NCBI RefSeq assembly: GCF_963921235.1
Contig: NC_086109.1
Coordinates: forward strand, 1,798,001-1,862,000
Length of the DNA: 64,000 bases
Direction: 5' to 3'
DNA from: Mobula hypostoma
Taxonomy: Eukaryota
This document shows, one piece after another, positions 26,060 through 38,578 of this stretch. The notes beneath the pieces are model-generated. The model did no database searches and was not told where the DNA came from. It saw nothing but the letters and a program-made list of their open reading frames with translations. The position numbers and the translations under genes are program-made. The stretch's first letter is position 1. Each line of letters starts with the position of its first letter.

Positions 26060-27360
26060 GGTCCCATCCCCCTCGCAAATTAGTTTAAACCTTCCTGAAC
26101 TATGCTAGCAAACCTACCTGCAAGGATATTGTTCCCCCTCAAGTTCAGCTGCAACTTATACAATCTGTACAGGTCCCACCTTCCCCAGAAGAGACCCCAA
26201 TGATCTGAAAATCTAAAACCCTGCTCCCTGCACCAACTCCTCAGCCACGCATTTAACTGAAATCTCCTCTTATTCTTACCATCACTATCATGTAGCACTG
26301 GTAGCAATCCTGAGAACACCACCCTTGAGGTCCTGTTCTTCAGCCTTCTGCCTAGTTTCTAAAACTCACACTTCAGGACCTCATCCCTCTTCCTGCCTAT
26401 GTCGTTGGTCCCAACAAGTATCACGACTTCTGGTTGCTTTCCCTCTCGTACCAGAATGTCGTGCACCCGTTCAGAGACATCCCAGACCCTGGCACCTGGG
26501 AGGCAACAAACCATGCGGGTGTCCTTCTCACGTCCACAAAATTTCCTGTCTGCTCCCCTAACTATAGAGTCTCCAATGACGACAGCTTTCCTCTTCTCTG
26601 TCCCACCCTTCTGCACCACCGGGTCAGACTCAGTGCCGGAGGCCCTGCCACCGTGGCTCACCCCGGTCGATCATCCCCGCCGACAGAATCCAGGATGGTA
26701 AACTTATTATTCAGGGGAATGGCTACAGGGGTGCTCTGCACTACCTGTCTGCTCACCTTCGCTTTCCCCCCTCTGACTGTCACCCAACGACCTGCTTCCA
26801 GCAGCCTAGCTGTGACTACCTCCCTGTAGCTCTCATCTATGACTGCCTCATTCTCCCTTATGAGTTGAAGGTCATCCAGCTGCTGCTCCAGATTCTTTAC
26901 ATGGTCTTCTAGATCACCCAGCCGCATGCACTTCTGGTAGATGTAACTCTGCGGGAGAGGGGAGAGCCCCCAAGACTGCCACATCTCACATGAGAGGCAC
27001 ATCACCGTCTCAGGAAGCATTGTAAAGCCTAGCTGGGAGCAAGCTCGTCCTCTGCCTCTTCTCGTCAAAGCCTCAAAGCTCCACTCCTTCACTGGCCCGC
27101 TCACTCACTGGCTGCTCCGCTTGAGCTACCCCTCTATTTATTTGTTTGAGGTTTTCAAACTGTTTCATCACCTGACCTCGATTGCCCAATCAGCTGCTTT
27201 CTGCTGAGTCTGAGCTATTCAAATCTTGATTGTCTAATCAACTGCTTTCTGCTGATCTGTTCAAATCTTGATTGACTTGATTGTGCAGTCCAACTGTCAA
27301 AACCGCCAGACTCTCTCGAGTCAAAACCTCAAAGCTCCACTCCTTCACTGGCCGCTTTCT
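26060..27360 (-). mobile_element. CR1 5' region: ORF1 (zinc finger/coiled coil plus SGNH esterase) and 5' UTR
   Basis: CLSCEMW...QKCMRL, VVIGDSIVRG...CCLPGARV...VGTNDIG and NNILAGRF. Confidence 0.85.
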
Positions 27361-27949
27361 AGTGAGATTTGTGATAGAGATGGGAATTCATCGATAGCCT
27401 ATGCTTCCTTGGGATCGAAGGGACTGAGAAGATGGAAGAATTAATATTTGATGGCTCTGGGCCTGTACATTTAGAGAATTATGGGGGCTTTGTGTGGTGG
27501 AATCTCATTGAAATGTATTGAAAGAAGCTGCAGAAAGCTGTAAATTTAGTTGGCTCCATCTTGGGTACTAGCCTACAAAGTACTAGGACGTCTTCAAGGA
27601 GCAGTGTCTCAGGAAGGCAGCATCCATTATTAAGGACCTACAGCACCCAGGGCATGCCCTTTTCTCACTCTTACCATCAGGTAGGAGATACAGAACCCTG
27701 AAGGCACACACTCAGTGATTTAGGAACAGCTTCTTCTCCTCTGCTATCCAATTCCTAAGAGAACATTGAACACGTGAACACTACCTGACTTGTTTAATAT
27801 GCATTATTTTGGTTTTTGCATGATTTTAATCTATTCATTATATAGATATTGTAAATTTACTTATTTATTGTCATTATTTTATTTGTTTTTCTTTTTCTGT
27901 ATTATGTATTGCATTGAACTGTTGCTGCTAGGTTAACAAATTTCACGAC

Positions 27950-29315
27950 ACATGCTTGGTAAGTTGATGGAGAAGATCCTGAGAGGCAGAATTTACGAAC
28001 ATTTGGAAAGGCATAATATGATTAGGAATAGTCAGCATAGCTTTGTCAAAGGCAGGTCGTGGCTTATGAGCCTGACTGAACATTTCGAGGATGTGACTAA
28101 ACACATTCATGAAGGCAAAGCAGTAGATGTAGTGTATATTGATTTCAGCAAGGCATTTGATAAGGTACCCCATGCAAGGCTTATTGAGAAAGTAAGGAGG
28201 CATGGGATCCAAGGGGTCATTGTTTTGTGGATCCAGAACAGGCTTGCCCACAGAAAGCAAAGAGTGGTTGTAGATGGGTCATCTTCTGCATGGAGGTCAG
28301 TCACCAGTGGTGTGCCTCAGGAATTTGTTCTGCGATTTTTACTCTTTGTGATTTTCATAAGTGACCTGGATGAAGAAGTGGAGGGATGGGTTAGTAAATT
28401 TCCTGATGACACAAAGATTGGGGGTGTTGTGGATAGTGTGGAGGGCTGTCAGAGGTTACAGCAGGACATTGATAGGATGCAAAACTGGGCTGAGAAATGG
28501 CAGATGGAGTTCAACCCAGATAAGTGTGAGGTGGTTCATTTTGGTAGGTCAATTATGATGGCAGAATATAGTATTAATGGTAAGACTCTTGGCAATGTGG
28601 AGGATCAGAGGGATCTTGGGATCTGAGTCTATGGGATACTCAAAGCAGCTGCGCAGGTTGACTCTGTGGTTAAGAAGGCGTACGGTGTATTGGCCTTCAT
28701 CAATCGTGGAATTGAATTTAGGAGCCGAGAGGTAATGTTGCAGCTATATAGGACCCTGGTCAGACCCCACTTGGAGTACTGTGCTCAGTTCTGGTTGCTT
28801 CACTACAGGAAGGATGTGGGAACCATAGAAAGGGTGCAGAGGAGATTTAGAAAGATATTGCCTGGATTAGGGATCATGCCTTATGAGAATAGTTTGAGTG
28901 AGCTTGGCTTTTTCTCCTTGGAGCGACAGAGGATGAGAGCTGACCTGATAGAGGCATATAAGATGATGAGAGGCTTGAATCATGCTGATAGTGAGAGGCT
29001 TTTTCCCAGGGCTGAAATGGCTAGCATGAGAGGGCAGTTTTATGGTGCTTGGAAGTAGGTACAGAGGAGATGTCAGGGGTTAAGTTTTTTACGCAGAGTG
29101 GTGAGTGCATGGAATGGGCTGCCCGCGGCGGTGGTGGTGGAGGTGGATATGATAGGGTCTTTTAAGAGACTCCTGGATAGGTACATGGAGCTTAGAAAAA
29201 TAGAGGGCTATGGGTAACCCTAGGTAACTTCTAAGGTAAGGACATGTTTGGCACAGCTTTGTGGGACGAAGGGCCTGTATTGTGCTGTGGGTTTTCTATG
29301 TTTCTATGTTTCTAT
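27950..29315 (+). mobile_element. 5'-truncated CR1 LINE inserted in a Rex-like 3' tail
   Basis: ORFs 27952-28626 and 28666-29058 with RT motifs and a (TTTCTATG)n tail. The host tail resumes with GATAATAAACCTGATTCTGATTCTG. Confidence 0.9.
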
Positions 29316-30347
29316 GGTAATGATAATAAACCTGATTCTGATTCTGATTCTGAATATTAAAAGACTCGGACAGATGGACGTGTAGAGGAAGTTCCCTTTA
29401 GTGGGGGTGTCCTTGACCACAGGGCACAGCCTCAAAACATAACTGAAACATAATTGCCCCTCCTTGTTCCCTTTCTCCCATTGCCCTTTGTTCTCTCCAA
29501 TCAGATACCTTCTTCTCCAGCCCTTTTCCTTTCTCCGGTGAGGGGACTCTTCCCAAAATGACAACTGTTTACTCTTTTCCATAGAGGCTGCCTGGCCTGC
29601 TGAATTCCTCCAGTATTTTGTGTGTGTTGCTTGGATTTCCAGCACGTGCATATTTTCTCATCTTTACCATTTCCCACCTACATGACTTCATCCACCATCT
29701 TCCAGCCAGTTCTCCTTCCCCTCCCCCCAGAGAAAACTAGAAGCAAACACACGATATTTACTAAAAGTTAACAAGCAGGTGATAATTCAAACATAAACTC
29801 AAACAAACAAAGCTAAAACCACAAGAAAAAGGACAATTAAAAAATAAAAATTGTAGACCTTAATCCGACAACGTCACTGTGAAGAACCAGTGGTCAGGGT
29901 CAGCCGAGAGGACCAGTGCCACAGTCGACCTCTGCAGAAGGACAGGGTGGACGAGCTTCATTCTGTACATGACCTGTGCACTGGGAGTGGGTGAAAGGAC
30001 AGTGTAGATGGTTATTTCCCGTATTCCCTCATTGTGTTCACTCTCTCCAAACACTACAAACCTTTTCTCCAGACTGGAGCCCATTTGCCATGTCTCTGCC
30101 TCCCTGTCATGACAACCGATATCTGGCTGCAGGCTGCAACTCCCTTCCTCAGGGCCGGGTGTGGAGAGTCTTCACTCTGTTCCCCCAGTGGGCTCACTGT
30201 GTGATGGAGGAACTGTGTGCCGGGTCTCTCTCAGGGTCAGGAGTCAGATGATGGGCCACATGGCCTGCTCCTGTAACTATGATCCACCCGGCTCTGATTC
30301 TACAGTTACTGTATTCACCTGCTGACTGTCTCCTCTTGTCTCCTCAG

Positions 30348-30668
30348 CTGGGACTGGGGATTCCCCGACCACTGTGAATGGAACACGGGGACAGTCGGTC
30401 TCCTTACATCCTGGGATCCCAGTCGGACCGGACGTTGTTGAGCTTGTGTGGAGACGGTTGTCACCCAGGATGAAGATAGTGACATATTCAAACAAGATCA
30501 GTGACTATTACGGATCTGAGGAGTACAAGCGACGGATAACTCTTCATCCCGGGAACTTCGGTCTGGAAATCCGTGATCTACAGAAAAGTGACTCTGATGT
30601 TTATGAGGTGTCTGTTACAGCAAGTACAGGAGCACAGACTCAGAACAAAATGCGACTGGATGTGTACG
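30348..30668 (+). CDS. Ig V-set exon A1, cysteine-less CD2/SLAM/CEACAM N-domain-like
   Basis: Acceptor CTGAC...TCTTGTCTCCTCAG, donor G|GTGAGT, 321 nt, phase 1-1. V-frame motifs: VNG.RGQSVSL, VWRR, KRRITL, LEIRDL..SD..VY and MRLDVY. Confidence 0.9.
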
Positions 30669-31929
30669 GTGAGTGAGATGCTGCGGAGGGGCCCGGGTTT
30701 CATCAGTTCCTGAAGCACCCCAATTAATGATCCTGTGTGTTCCCCTGTTTACTGAACCCCACTGACTGCCCGTGTCCAGAGCTGGGCTCACGGTCCCAGT
30801 GTAGTGAGGTTGAGTCAGTGTGAGTCTGGAGGACACACTCACCACATCCCCGGAGACTGGACCAGAGACTGTGAAGCATCGAACTGTCAATGGGAAACCT
30901 CGTGACTCTGAGGCTGGAGGAGCTGAGCAGATGGGGAACAGGGAACGGGAGATAGGCTGATCTGGTGGAAGGGACTGGTGGACGGGCTAAACAGTCTATA
31001 TCTGTGGGTCAGTTAAACAGATCCCTCTGTATCCCCAGGTCAAAGGCCTGGTCTTTCATGTTCAGGGATCCCATTTTCAGAGGCACTGCTTGTTAATTCC
31101 CCAGACTGAGGTCTGAGCTCAGCAAGGTGTTTATTCCTCAGCCTTCATGCTGTGCTGTGCTGAGTGAGACCCTGTGTGTTCATTACACTGAATATAATGT
31201 CCCAGTGAGTGACACAGTACATGGACACAACAGTACACTCACACACAGCAATATGGTTCCTGACTCACTCCAACAGTAATATCACATTCACAATAATCTC
31301 ACTCAGCAACGTCTGCCTGAGAAATCTCCTCCACCTCAGGTTTAACGGGTCCCATTGGAGGGAGGAGAATGTCAGAACGTGGGGAATGGAACATCAGAGG
31401 AACAGCTCCTCAGCTCATGACGTGCTGCCAAACTCATTGCTAATGGAACCCAGTTAAGCTAATCCCTTCTGACTGTTCGTGCTCCATATGCCTTTATTCT
31501 CTAGACATTCATGTGTGTATCTGACAGTCTCTCAAAAATCTCTCTGGCCTTTGCCTCTATCACCACTCCTGGCAGCCCATTTCAGGCTCCCACCACTCTC
31601 TGTGTAAAGAAAAACTTGCCCTGCACATCTCCTTTGAATTTACCCCTGTCACTTTAAAGGAACCATCTCTGGTATTAGAGACTTTTTATTTGAGATACAG
31701 CAGGGAATAGTCCCTTCCGGGACTTTGAGCCATGCAACCCAGAAATCCCTGAATTTAACCCTAGCCATGAGAATTATCTCGGCAATGAAAGGGTTCTTCC
31801 AGGGTTGTATCTCTCATCTCTATGGGTCTGTTGCTGGTGCAGTTTATCTTTATCTCTTCTGTTTCATCTCCGTTTGGTCTCAGAGCCAACGTGGTGGAGT
31901 TAGCGGTCAAGAGTGCTGATTTCTCTTCC

Positions 31930-32340
31930 ATCTGTTGGTTCGAACTAAACAGCAGGGTGATGTTGTCTGCAAACTCTTAGTGATCAAGTTGCTGCCACAT
32001 AGTCCACTGGATCCATTTCATTTTTCACTTGTTGTCTGTTTCATTATCTAGTTTGTTGCCAACAGGAACAGGAAAGGACCCAAACATTCCAGCTCCACCC
32101 CAGTGTTGACATTGAAGCTTTCTGCCAGTTTTCCCACATGTATGACTTTGCATGACATGTTGTAGAGTTCCTAAAGATATTGACAAATTTCTGTGATATT
32201 CCATAATGTTTCATCAGTTTCCATATGGTGTTTGTGTCTAAGTATCGAAGGTTTTGTTGTAGTGATGAAGTTGACATAGAGAGAAATATTCCATTGTTCT
32301 CAAAGGTTCAAAACTCACCTTTCTTTGGAAGCTTTATTTG
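31930..32340 (-). mobile_element. RTE-like LINE RT fragment (duplicate at ~39852-40262)
   Basis: IWKLMKHYGISQKFVNIFRNS and a degenerate QWT.W.QL...FADNI motif. Confidence 0.65.
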
Positions 32341-32409
32341 GGAAACACATAGGGGAGAGATGTTGAGGCTGAAATTAGATGATGCGGACACGCCTGGTCC
32401 AACCTCGAG

Positions 32410-33055
32410 ATCTGGCTCAGCATAGAGGGTGATGGAGATGGGAGTTCATTGATAGCCTATGCTTCTTTGCGAGGTAAGGGCCCAAGAAGATGAAAGAGTT
32501 AATAATTGATTGCTCTGGGCCTGTAGATTTGGAGAATGACAAGGGGTTGTGTGGTGGAATATCATTGAAACCCATTGAAAGAGGCTGCAAAGGATTGTAA
32601 ATTGTAAATTTAGTCAGCTCTGTCTTGGGTACTAGCCTACAAAGTACCCAGGACATCTTCAAGGAGCGGGATCTCAGAAAGGCAGCGTCCAGTATTAAGG
32701 CCCTCCAGCACCAAGGGCATGCCCTTTTCTCGCTGTTACCATCAGGCAGGAGGTACAGACGCCTGAAGGCACACACTCAGTGATTCAAGAACAGCTTCTT
32801 CCCTTCTGCCGTCTGATTTCTAAATGGACATTGAACCAGTGAGCACTACCTTACTTTTTAAAATATATTTATTTCTGTTTTTGCACTATTTAAATCTAAT
32901 CTATATCGATATACGTAAATTAATTCACTTATTTATTATTATTATTTTATTTGTTTTTCTTCTCCTTCTATATTACGTACTGCATTGAACTGCTGCTGCT
33001 AAGTTAACTAATTTTACGACCCATGCCGGTGATAATAAACCTGATTCTGATTCTG
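32410..33055 (+). mobile_element. Rex1/Babar-like LINE 3' end (duplicate at ~40332-40977; relatives at 27380-27950 +, 18360-18600 -, 21270-21650 -, 52130-52700 -)
   Basis: HQGHALFSLLPSGRRYRRLKAHTQ.FKNSFFP motif and an (ATTCTG)n tail. Confidence 0.7.
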
Positions 33056-33246
33056 AATATTGAAAGACCGAAACAGATGGACTTGGAGAGGATGCTTCAA
33101 ATGGGGGGTGTGCCTTTGACCACAGGGTACAGCCTCAAAACACAATGATGTCCCTTTGAAACAGAAATGCCCCTCCTCTTCCCCTTCTCCCATTACCCTC
33201 TGTTCTCTCCTATCAGATACCTTCTTCTCCAGCCCCTTTCCTTTCT

Positions 33247-33279
33247 CTGATGAAGGGTCTCGGCCCGAAACATCGACTG
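33247..33279 (+). ncRNA. Penelope-derived minimal type I hammerhead-ribozyme-like motif (identical copy at 41169-41201)
   Basis: CTGATGA-A-GGG-TCTCGG-CCC-GAAA-CATC-GACTG. The catalytic core and helix II are intact, but the 5' strand of helix I is lost and the ACGT palindrome has decayed to ACAT, so it is probably inactive. Confidence 0.55.
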
Positions 33280-34047
33280 TTCACTCTTTTCCATAGATAC
33301 TGCCTGGCATTCTGAGTTCCTCCAGCATTTTGTGAGTGTTGTTTGGATTTCCAGCATCTTCAGATTTTCTCATCTTTATCTTTCCCCACCCACCTGACCA
33401 CCCACCATCTTCCAGCCAGTTCTCCTTCCTCTCCCCCCACAGGAAGCTAGAACCAAAGATACCCCATTTACTAAAAGTTGACAAACAGGTGATAATTCAA
33501 ATATAAACTCAAACAAACAAAGCTAAAACCACAAGAAAAAGGACAATTAAAAAATAAAGATTGTAGACCTTAATCCGACAACGTCACTGTGAAGAACCAG
33601 TGGTCAGGGTCAGCCGAGAGGACCAGTGCCACAGTCGACCTCTGCAGAAGGACAGGGTGGACGAGCTTCATTCTGTACATGACCTGTGCACTGGGAGTGG
33701 GTGAAGGGACAGTGTAGACGGTGATTTCCCGTATTCCCTCATTGTGTTCACTCTCTCCAAACACTACAAACCTTTTCTCCAGACTGGAGCCCATTTGCCA
33801 TGTCTCTGCCTCCCTGTCATGACCATCGATATCTGGCTGCAGGCTGCAACTCCCTTCCTCAGGGCCGGGTGTGGAAAGTCTTCACTCTGTTCCCCTGGTG
33901 GGCTCACTGTGTGATGGAGGAACTGTGTGCCAGGTCTCTCTCAGGGTCAGAAGTCAGATGATGGGCCGCATGGCCTGCTCCTGTAACTGTGATCCTCCCG
34001 GCTCTGATTCTACAGTTACTGAATTCACCTGCTGACTGTCTCCTCAG

Positions 34048-34368
34048 CTGGGACTGGGGATTCCCCGACCACTGTGAATGGAACACGGGGACAGTCGGTC
34101 TCCTTACATCCTGGGATCCCAGTCGGACTGGACGTTGTTGAGCTTGTGTGGAGACGGTTGTCACCCAGGGTGAAGATAGTGACATATTCAAACAAGATCA
34201 GTGACTATTACGGATCTGAGGAGTACAAGCGCCGGATAACTCTTCATCCCGGGAACTTCAGTCTGGAAATCCGTGATCTGTAGAGAGAGGACACTGGTGA
34301 TTATGAGGTGACTGTCACAGCAAGTTCAGGAGCACAGACTCAGAACAAAATGCGACTGGATGTGTACG
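34048..34368 (+). pseudogene. Ig V-set exon A2 with in-frame TAG at 34281-34283, splice sites intact
   Basis: Paralog of A1/A3. GATCTGTAG here corresponds to GATCTACAG/GATCTACGG in the other copies. Confidence 0.88.
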
Positions 34369-35154
34369 GTGAGTGAGATGCTGCGGAGGGGCCCGGGTTT
34401 CATCAGTTCCTGAAGCACCCCAATTAATGATCCTGTGTGTTCCCCTGTTTACTGAACCCCACTGAGTGCCCGTGTCCAGAGCTGGGCTCACGGTCCCAGT
34501 GTAGTGAGGTTGAGTCAGTGTGAGTCTGGAGGACACACTCACCACATCCCCGGAGACTGGACCAGAGGCTGTGAAGCATCAAACTGTCAATGGGGAACCT
34601 CGTGACTCCGAGGTTGGAGGAGATGAGCAGATGGGGAACAGGGAACGGGAGATAGGCTAATATGGTGGAAGGGACTTGTGGATGGGCTGAACGGTCTATA
34701 TCTGTGGGGCAGTTAAACAGATCCCTCTGTATCCCCAGGTCAAAGGCCTGGTCTGTCATGTTCAGAGATCCCATTTTCAGAAGCCTTCATGCTGTGCTGT
34801 GCTGAGTGAGACCCTGTGTATTCATTACACTGAATATAGTGTCCCAGTGAGTGACGCAGTCCACGGATACAACAGTACACTCACACACATGAATATGGTT
34901 CCTGACTCATTCTCACAGTAATATCACATTCACAATAATCTCACACAGCAGCGTCTGCCGGGGAAATCTCCTCCACCCCAGGTTTAACGGGTTTGCCTTT
35001 GCCTCTACCACCACTCCCGGCAGCCCATTTCAGGCTCCCACCACTCTGTGTGTAAAGAAAATCTTGCCCCACACATCTCCTTTGAATTTACCCCTGTCAC
35101 TGTAAATGCACAATCTCTGGTATTGGACTCCTCTTATTTGATTTTTTTAAAAAT

Positions 35155-35430
35155 TTTATCGAGATACAGCAGGGAATAGTCCCTTCCGAGATTTGAACCA
35201 CACTGCCCAGCAATCCCCCAATTGTAACCCAGCCTAATCACAGGACAATTTATAATGACCAATTAACCATGCAATTGGTATGTCCTTGGACTGTGGGAGG
35301 AAACCAGAGCACGCAGGGGAATCCCACGTGGACACAGGGAGAATGTACAAACTCCTTACGGGCAGCGGGAATTCAGTCTGGTTCACTGGTACTGTAAAGT
35401 GTTGTGCTAAGGACTACCCATTCGTGCCAC
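35155..35430 (-). mobile_element. tRNA-derived V-SINE/HE1-like SINE (copies at ~37295-37570 and ~58475-58711)
   Basis: The minus strand reads GGCACG...TTAGCACAACACTTTACAG...GTGCTCTGGTTTCCTCCCACAGTCCAA, the V-SINE-like central core. Confidence 0.75.
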
Positions 35431-36134
35431 CCCTGGGAAAAAAATACTATCTGTCTACTTCATCTGTGTCCTTATAAATGTCATAAGCTTGTATCAGCTC
35501 CGACACTCAGAGGAAACAGCCCAAATTAGTCCAATGGAATACTCCAGATGTAGCTTGATCAGAGTTTTTAAAGATGTAGCATAACTTCCTGACTTCTGAA
35601 CTCAGTGCCTCGACTGATGAAGACAAGCATGTAAAGACCCTCTTGGGCACCCGATCAACATGCAGCCACGTTTCCCCACCCATGTCTGCATCTGATCCAT
35701 GTCCAAATGCATCTATTGGCGCTCCTCTGCACCATCCACAACACCGACAGTCTGTTGGAGGCCTTTGGCCCACCTAGAGCCTATTCCCCACTCACTGAAA
35801 TCAGGGTTGGTCTGACCCTGATCTCAGCTCTACTTTCCTGCCTGTTTCCACCCTCTCCCCAAATCCTCTCCAGACCAAAACTCTGTCTGAACCTTGAATA
35901 CAGTGACTCAGCCTCCACAACTCTCTGGGGAAGAAAATTCCATCGATTCCTGAACCTTAGAGAAGAGAAATCCTTCCTCATATCTGTCTGAAATTATGGT
36001 CCCTTATTCTGAAACTGTGCCCTCGTTTTAGATCATACAGGAGGGGGAAACATCCTCCCAAAACCACCCCCCCCACTCCGATCCTGCTCCAGTCACTGAA
36101 CTCACCGGCTGACTGCCTCCTCTTGTCTCCTCAG

Positions 36135-36437
36135 AGCGGATGGGGACCGTGACAAGACCTTGGGGACAGTGGGTCTCCCTACCTGCTGGGATCACACGTG
36201 GGCTGGACGTTTCTCAGGTGGTGTGGAGAAGAGACGGAACCACAATAGCAGAATATGCAAATGGGAACATTTTCTACTTCGGTCCTGAGGAGTACAAGCG
36301 ACGGATAACTCTTCATCCCGGGAACTTCAGTCTGGAAATCCGTGATCTACAGAGAGAGGACACTGGTGATTATAAAGTGACTGTTACATTAAGTAGAGGA
36401 GGACAGATTCAGATGGAAATGCGACTGGAGGTGTACG
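36135..36437 (+). CDS. Ig V-set exon B1 (ERMGTVTRPWGQWV...MRLEVY)
   Basis: Acceptor TCTTGTCTCCTCAG, donor G|GTGAGT, 303 nt, phase 1-1, open frame, no Cys. Confidence 0.9.
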
Positions 36438-38275
36438 GTGAGTGAGACGCTGCGGAGGGGCCCGGGTTTCACCGGTTCCTGAAACACCCCTAATTACTGG
36501 CTGAGGGCAGATCCTGTGTGTTTCCCTGTTAACTGAGCCCCACTGACTGCCCGTGTCCAGAGCTGGGCTCACGGTCCCAGTGTAGTGAGGCTGAGTCAGT
36601 GTGAGTCTGGAGGACACACTCACCACATCCCCGGAGACTGGACCAGAGGCTGTGAAGCATCAAACTGTCAATGGGGAACCTCGTGACTCCGAGGCTGGAG
36701 GAGATGAGCAGATGGGGAACAGGGAACGGGAGATAGGCTAATATGGTGGAAGGGACTTGTGGATGGGCTGAACGGTCTATATCTGTGGGGCAGTTAAACA
36801 GATCCCTCCGTATCCCCAGGTCAAAGGCCTGGTCTGTCATGTTCAGAGATCCCATTTTCAGAAGGCACCTCTTGTTAATTCCCCAGACTGAGGTCTGAGC
36901 TCAGCAAGGTGTTTATTCCTCAGCCTTCATGCTGTGCTGTGCTGAGTGAGACCCTGTGTATTCATTACACTGAATATAGTGTCCCAGTGAGTGACACAGG
37001 ACACGGACACAACAGTACACTCACACACATCAATATGGTTCCTGACTCATTCTCACAGTAATATCACATTCACAATAATCTCACTCAGCAGCGTCTGCCG
37101 GAGAAATCTCCTCCACCCCAGGTTTAATGGGTTTGCTTTGCCTCTACCACCACTCCCGGCAGCCCATTTCAGGCTCCCACCACTCTGTGTGTAAAGAAAA
37201 TCTTGCCCCACACATCTCCTTTGAATTTACCCCTGTCACTGTAAATGCACAATCTCTGGTATTGGACTCCTCTTATTTGATTTTTTAAAAAATTTTATCG
37301 AGATACAGAAGGGAATAGTCCCTTCCGGGATTTGAACCACACTGCCCAGCAATCCCCCAATTGTAACCCAGCCTAATCACAGGACAATTTATAATGACCA
37401 ATTAACCATGCAATTGGTATGTCCTTGGACTGTGGGAGGAAACCAGAGCACACAGGGGAATCCACGTGGACACGGGGAGAATGTACAAACTCCTTACGGG
37501 CAGCGGGAATTCAGTCTGGTTCACTGGTACTGTAAAGTGTTGTGCTAAGGACTACCCATTCGTGCCACCCCTGGGAAAAAAATACTATCTGTCTACTTCA
37601 TCTGTGTCCTTATAAATGTCATAAGCTTGTATCAGCTCCGACACTCAGAGGAAACAGCCCAAATTAGTCCAATGGAATACTCCAGATGTAGCTTGATCAG
37701 AGTTTTTAAAGATGTAGCATAACTTCCTGACTTCTGAACACAGTGCCTCGACTGATGAAGACAAGCATGTAAAGACCCTCTTGGGCACCCGATCAACATG
37801 CAGCCACGTTTCCCCACCCATGTCTGCATCTGATCCATGTCCAATTGCATCTATTGGCGCTCCTCTGCACCATCCACAACACCGACAGTCTGTTGGAGGC
37901 CTTTGGCCCACCTAGAGCCTATTCCCCACTCACTGAAATCAGGGTTGGTCTGACCCTGATCTCAGCTCTACTTTCCTGCCTGTTTCCACCCTCTCCCCAA
38001 ATCCTCTCCAGATCAAAACTCTGACTGAACCTTGAATACAGTGACTCAGCCTCCACAACTCTCTGGGGAAGAAAATTCCATCGATTCCTGAACCTTAGAT
38101 AAGAGAAATCCTTCCTCATATCTGTCTGAAATTATGGTCCCTTATTCTGAAACTGTGCCCTCGTTTTAGATCATACAGGAGGGGGAAACATCCTCCCAAA
38201 ACCGCCCCCCCCCCCACTCCGATCCTGCTCCAGTCACTGAACTCACCGGCTGACTGCCTCCTCTTGTCTCCTCAG

Positions 38276-38578
38276 AGTGGATGGGGACCGTGACAAGACC
38301 TTGGGGACAGTGGGTCTCCCTACCTGCTGGGATCACACGTGGGCTGGACGTTTCTCAGGTGGTGTGGAGAAGAGACGGAACCACAATAGCAGAATATGCA
38401 AATGGGAACATTTTCTACTTCGGTCCTGAGGAGTACACGCGACGGATAACTCTTCATCCCGGGAACTTCAGTCTGGAAATCCGTGATCTACAGAGAGAGG
38501 ACACTGGTGATTATAAAGTGACTGTTACATTAAGTAGAGGAGGACAGATTCAGATGGAAATGCGACTGGAGGTGTACG
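38276..38578 (+). CDS. Ig V-set exon B2
   Basis: Differs from B1 at 2 nt, both non-synonymous (R>W, K>T). Same splice sites. Confidence 0.9.

Larger units (their letters stand above)
30780..34370 (+). repeat. Segmental duplication unit X (~3.6 kb), second copy at ~38702-42292
   Basis: Matching ORFs are offset by 7922-7924 bp (31209/39131, 33570/41494, 34074/41998). Roughly 99% identical by eye outside the exon. Confidence 0.93.
34369..38578 (+). repeat. Direct tandem duplication of a ~2.14-kb unit Y carrying the type-B V exon
   Basis: Matching ORFs are offset by 2138-2141 bp (35507/37645, 36140/38281). Confidence 0.93.

Noticed and set aside
29535-29570. Additional hammerhead motif
   Set aside because: It is homologous to the Penelope tail, but the CUGAUGA and GAAAC core is destroyed (CCGGTGA...CAAAATG).
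35380-35430. tRNA gene on the minus strand
   Set aside because: It is the tRNA-derived head of a SINE, with no complete cloverleaf, and continues into the SINE core.
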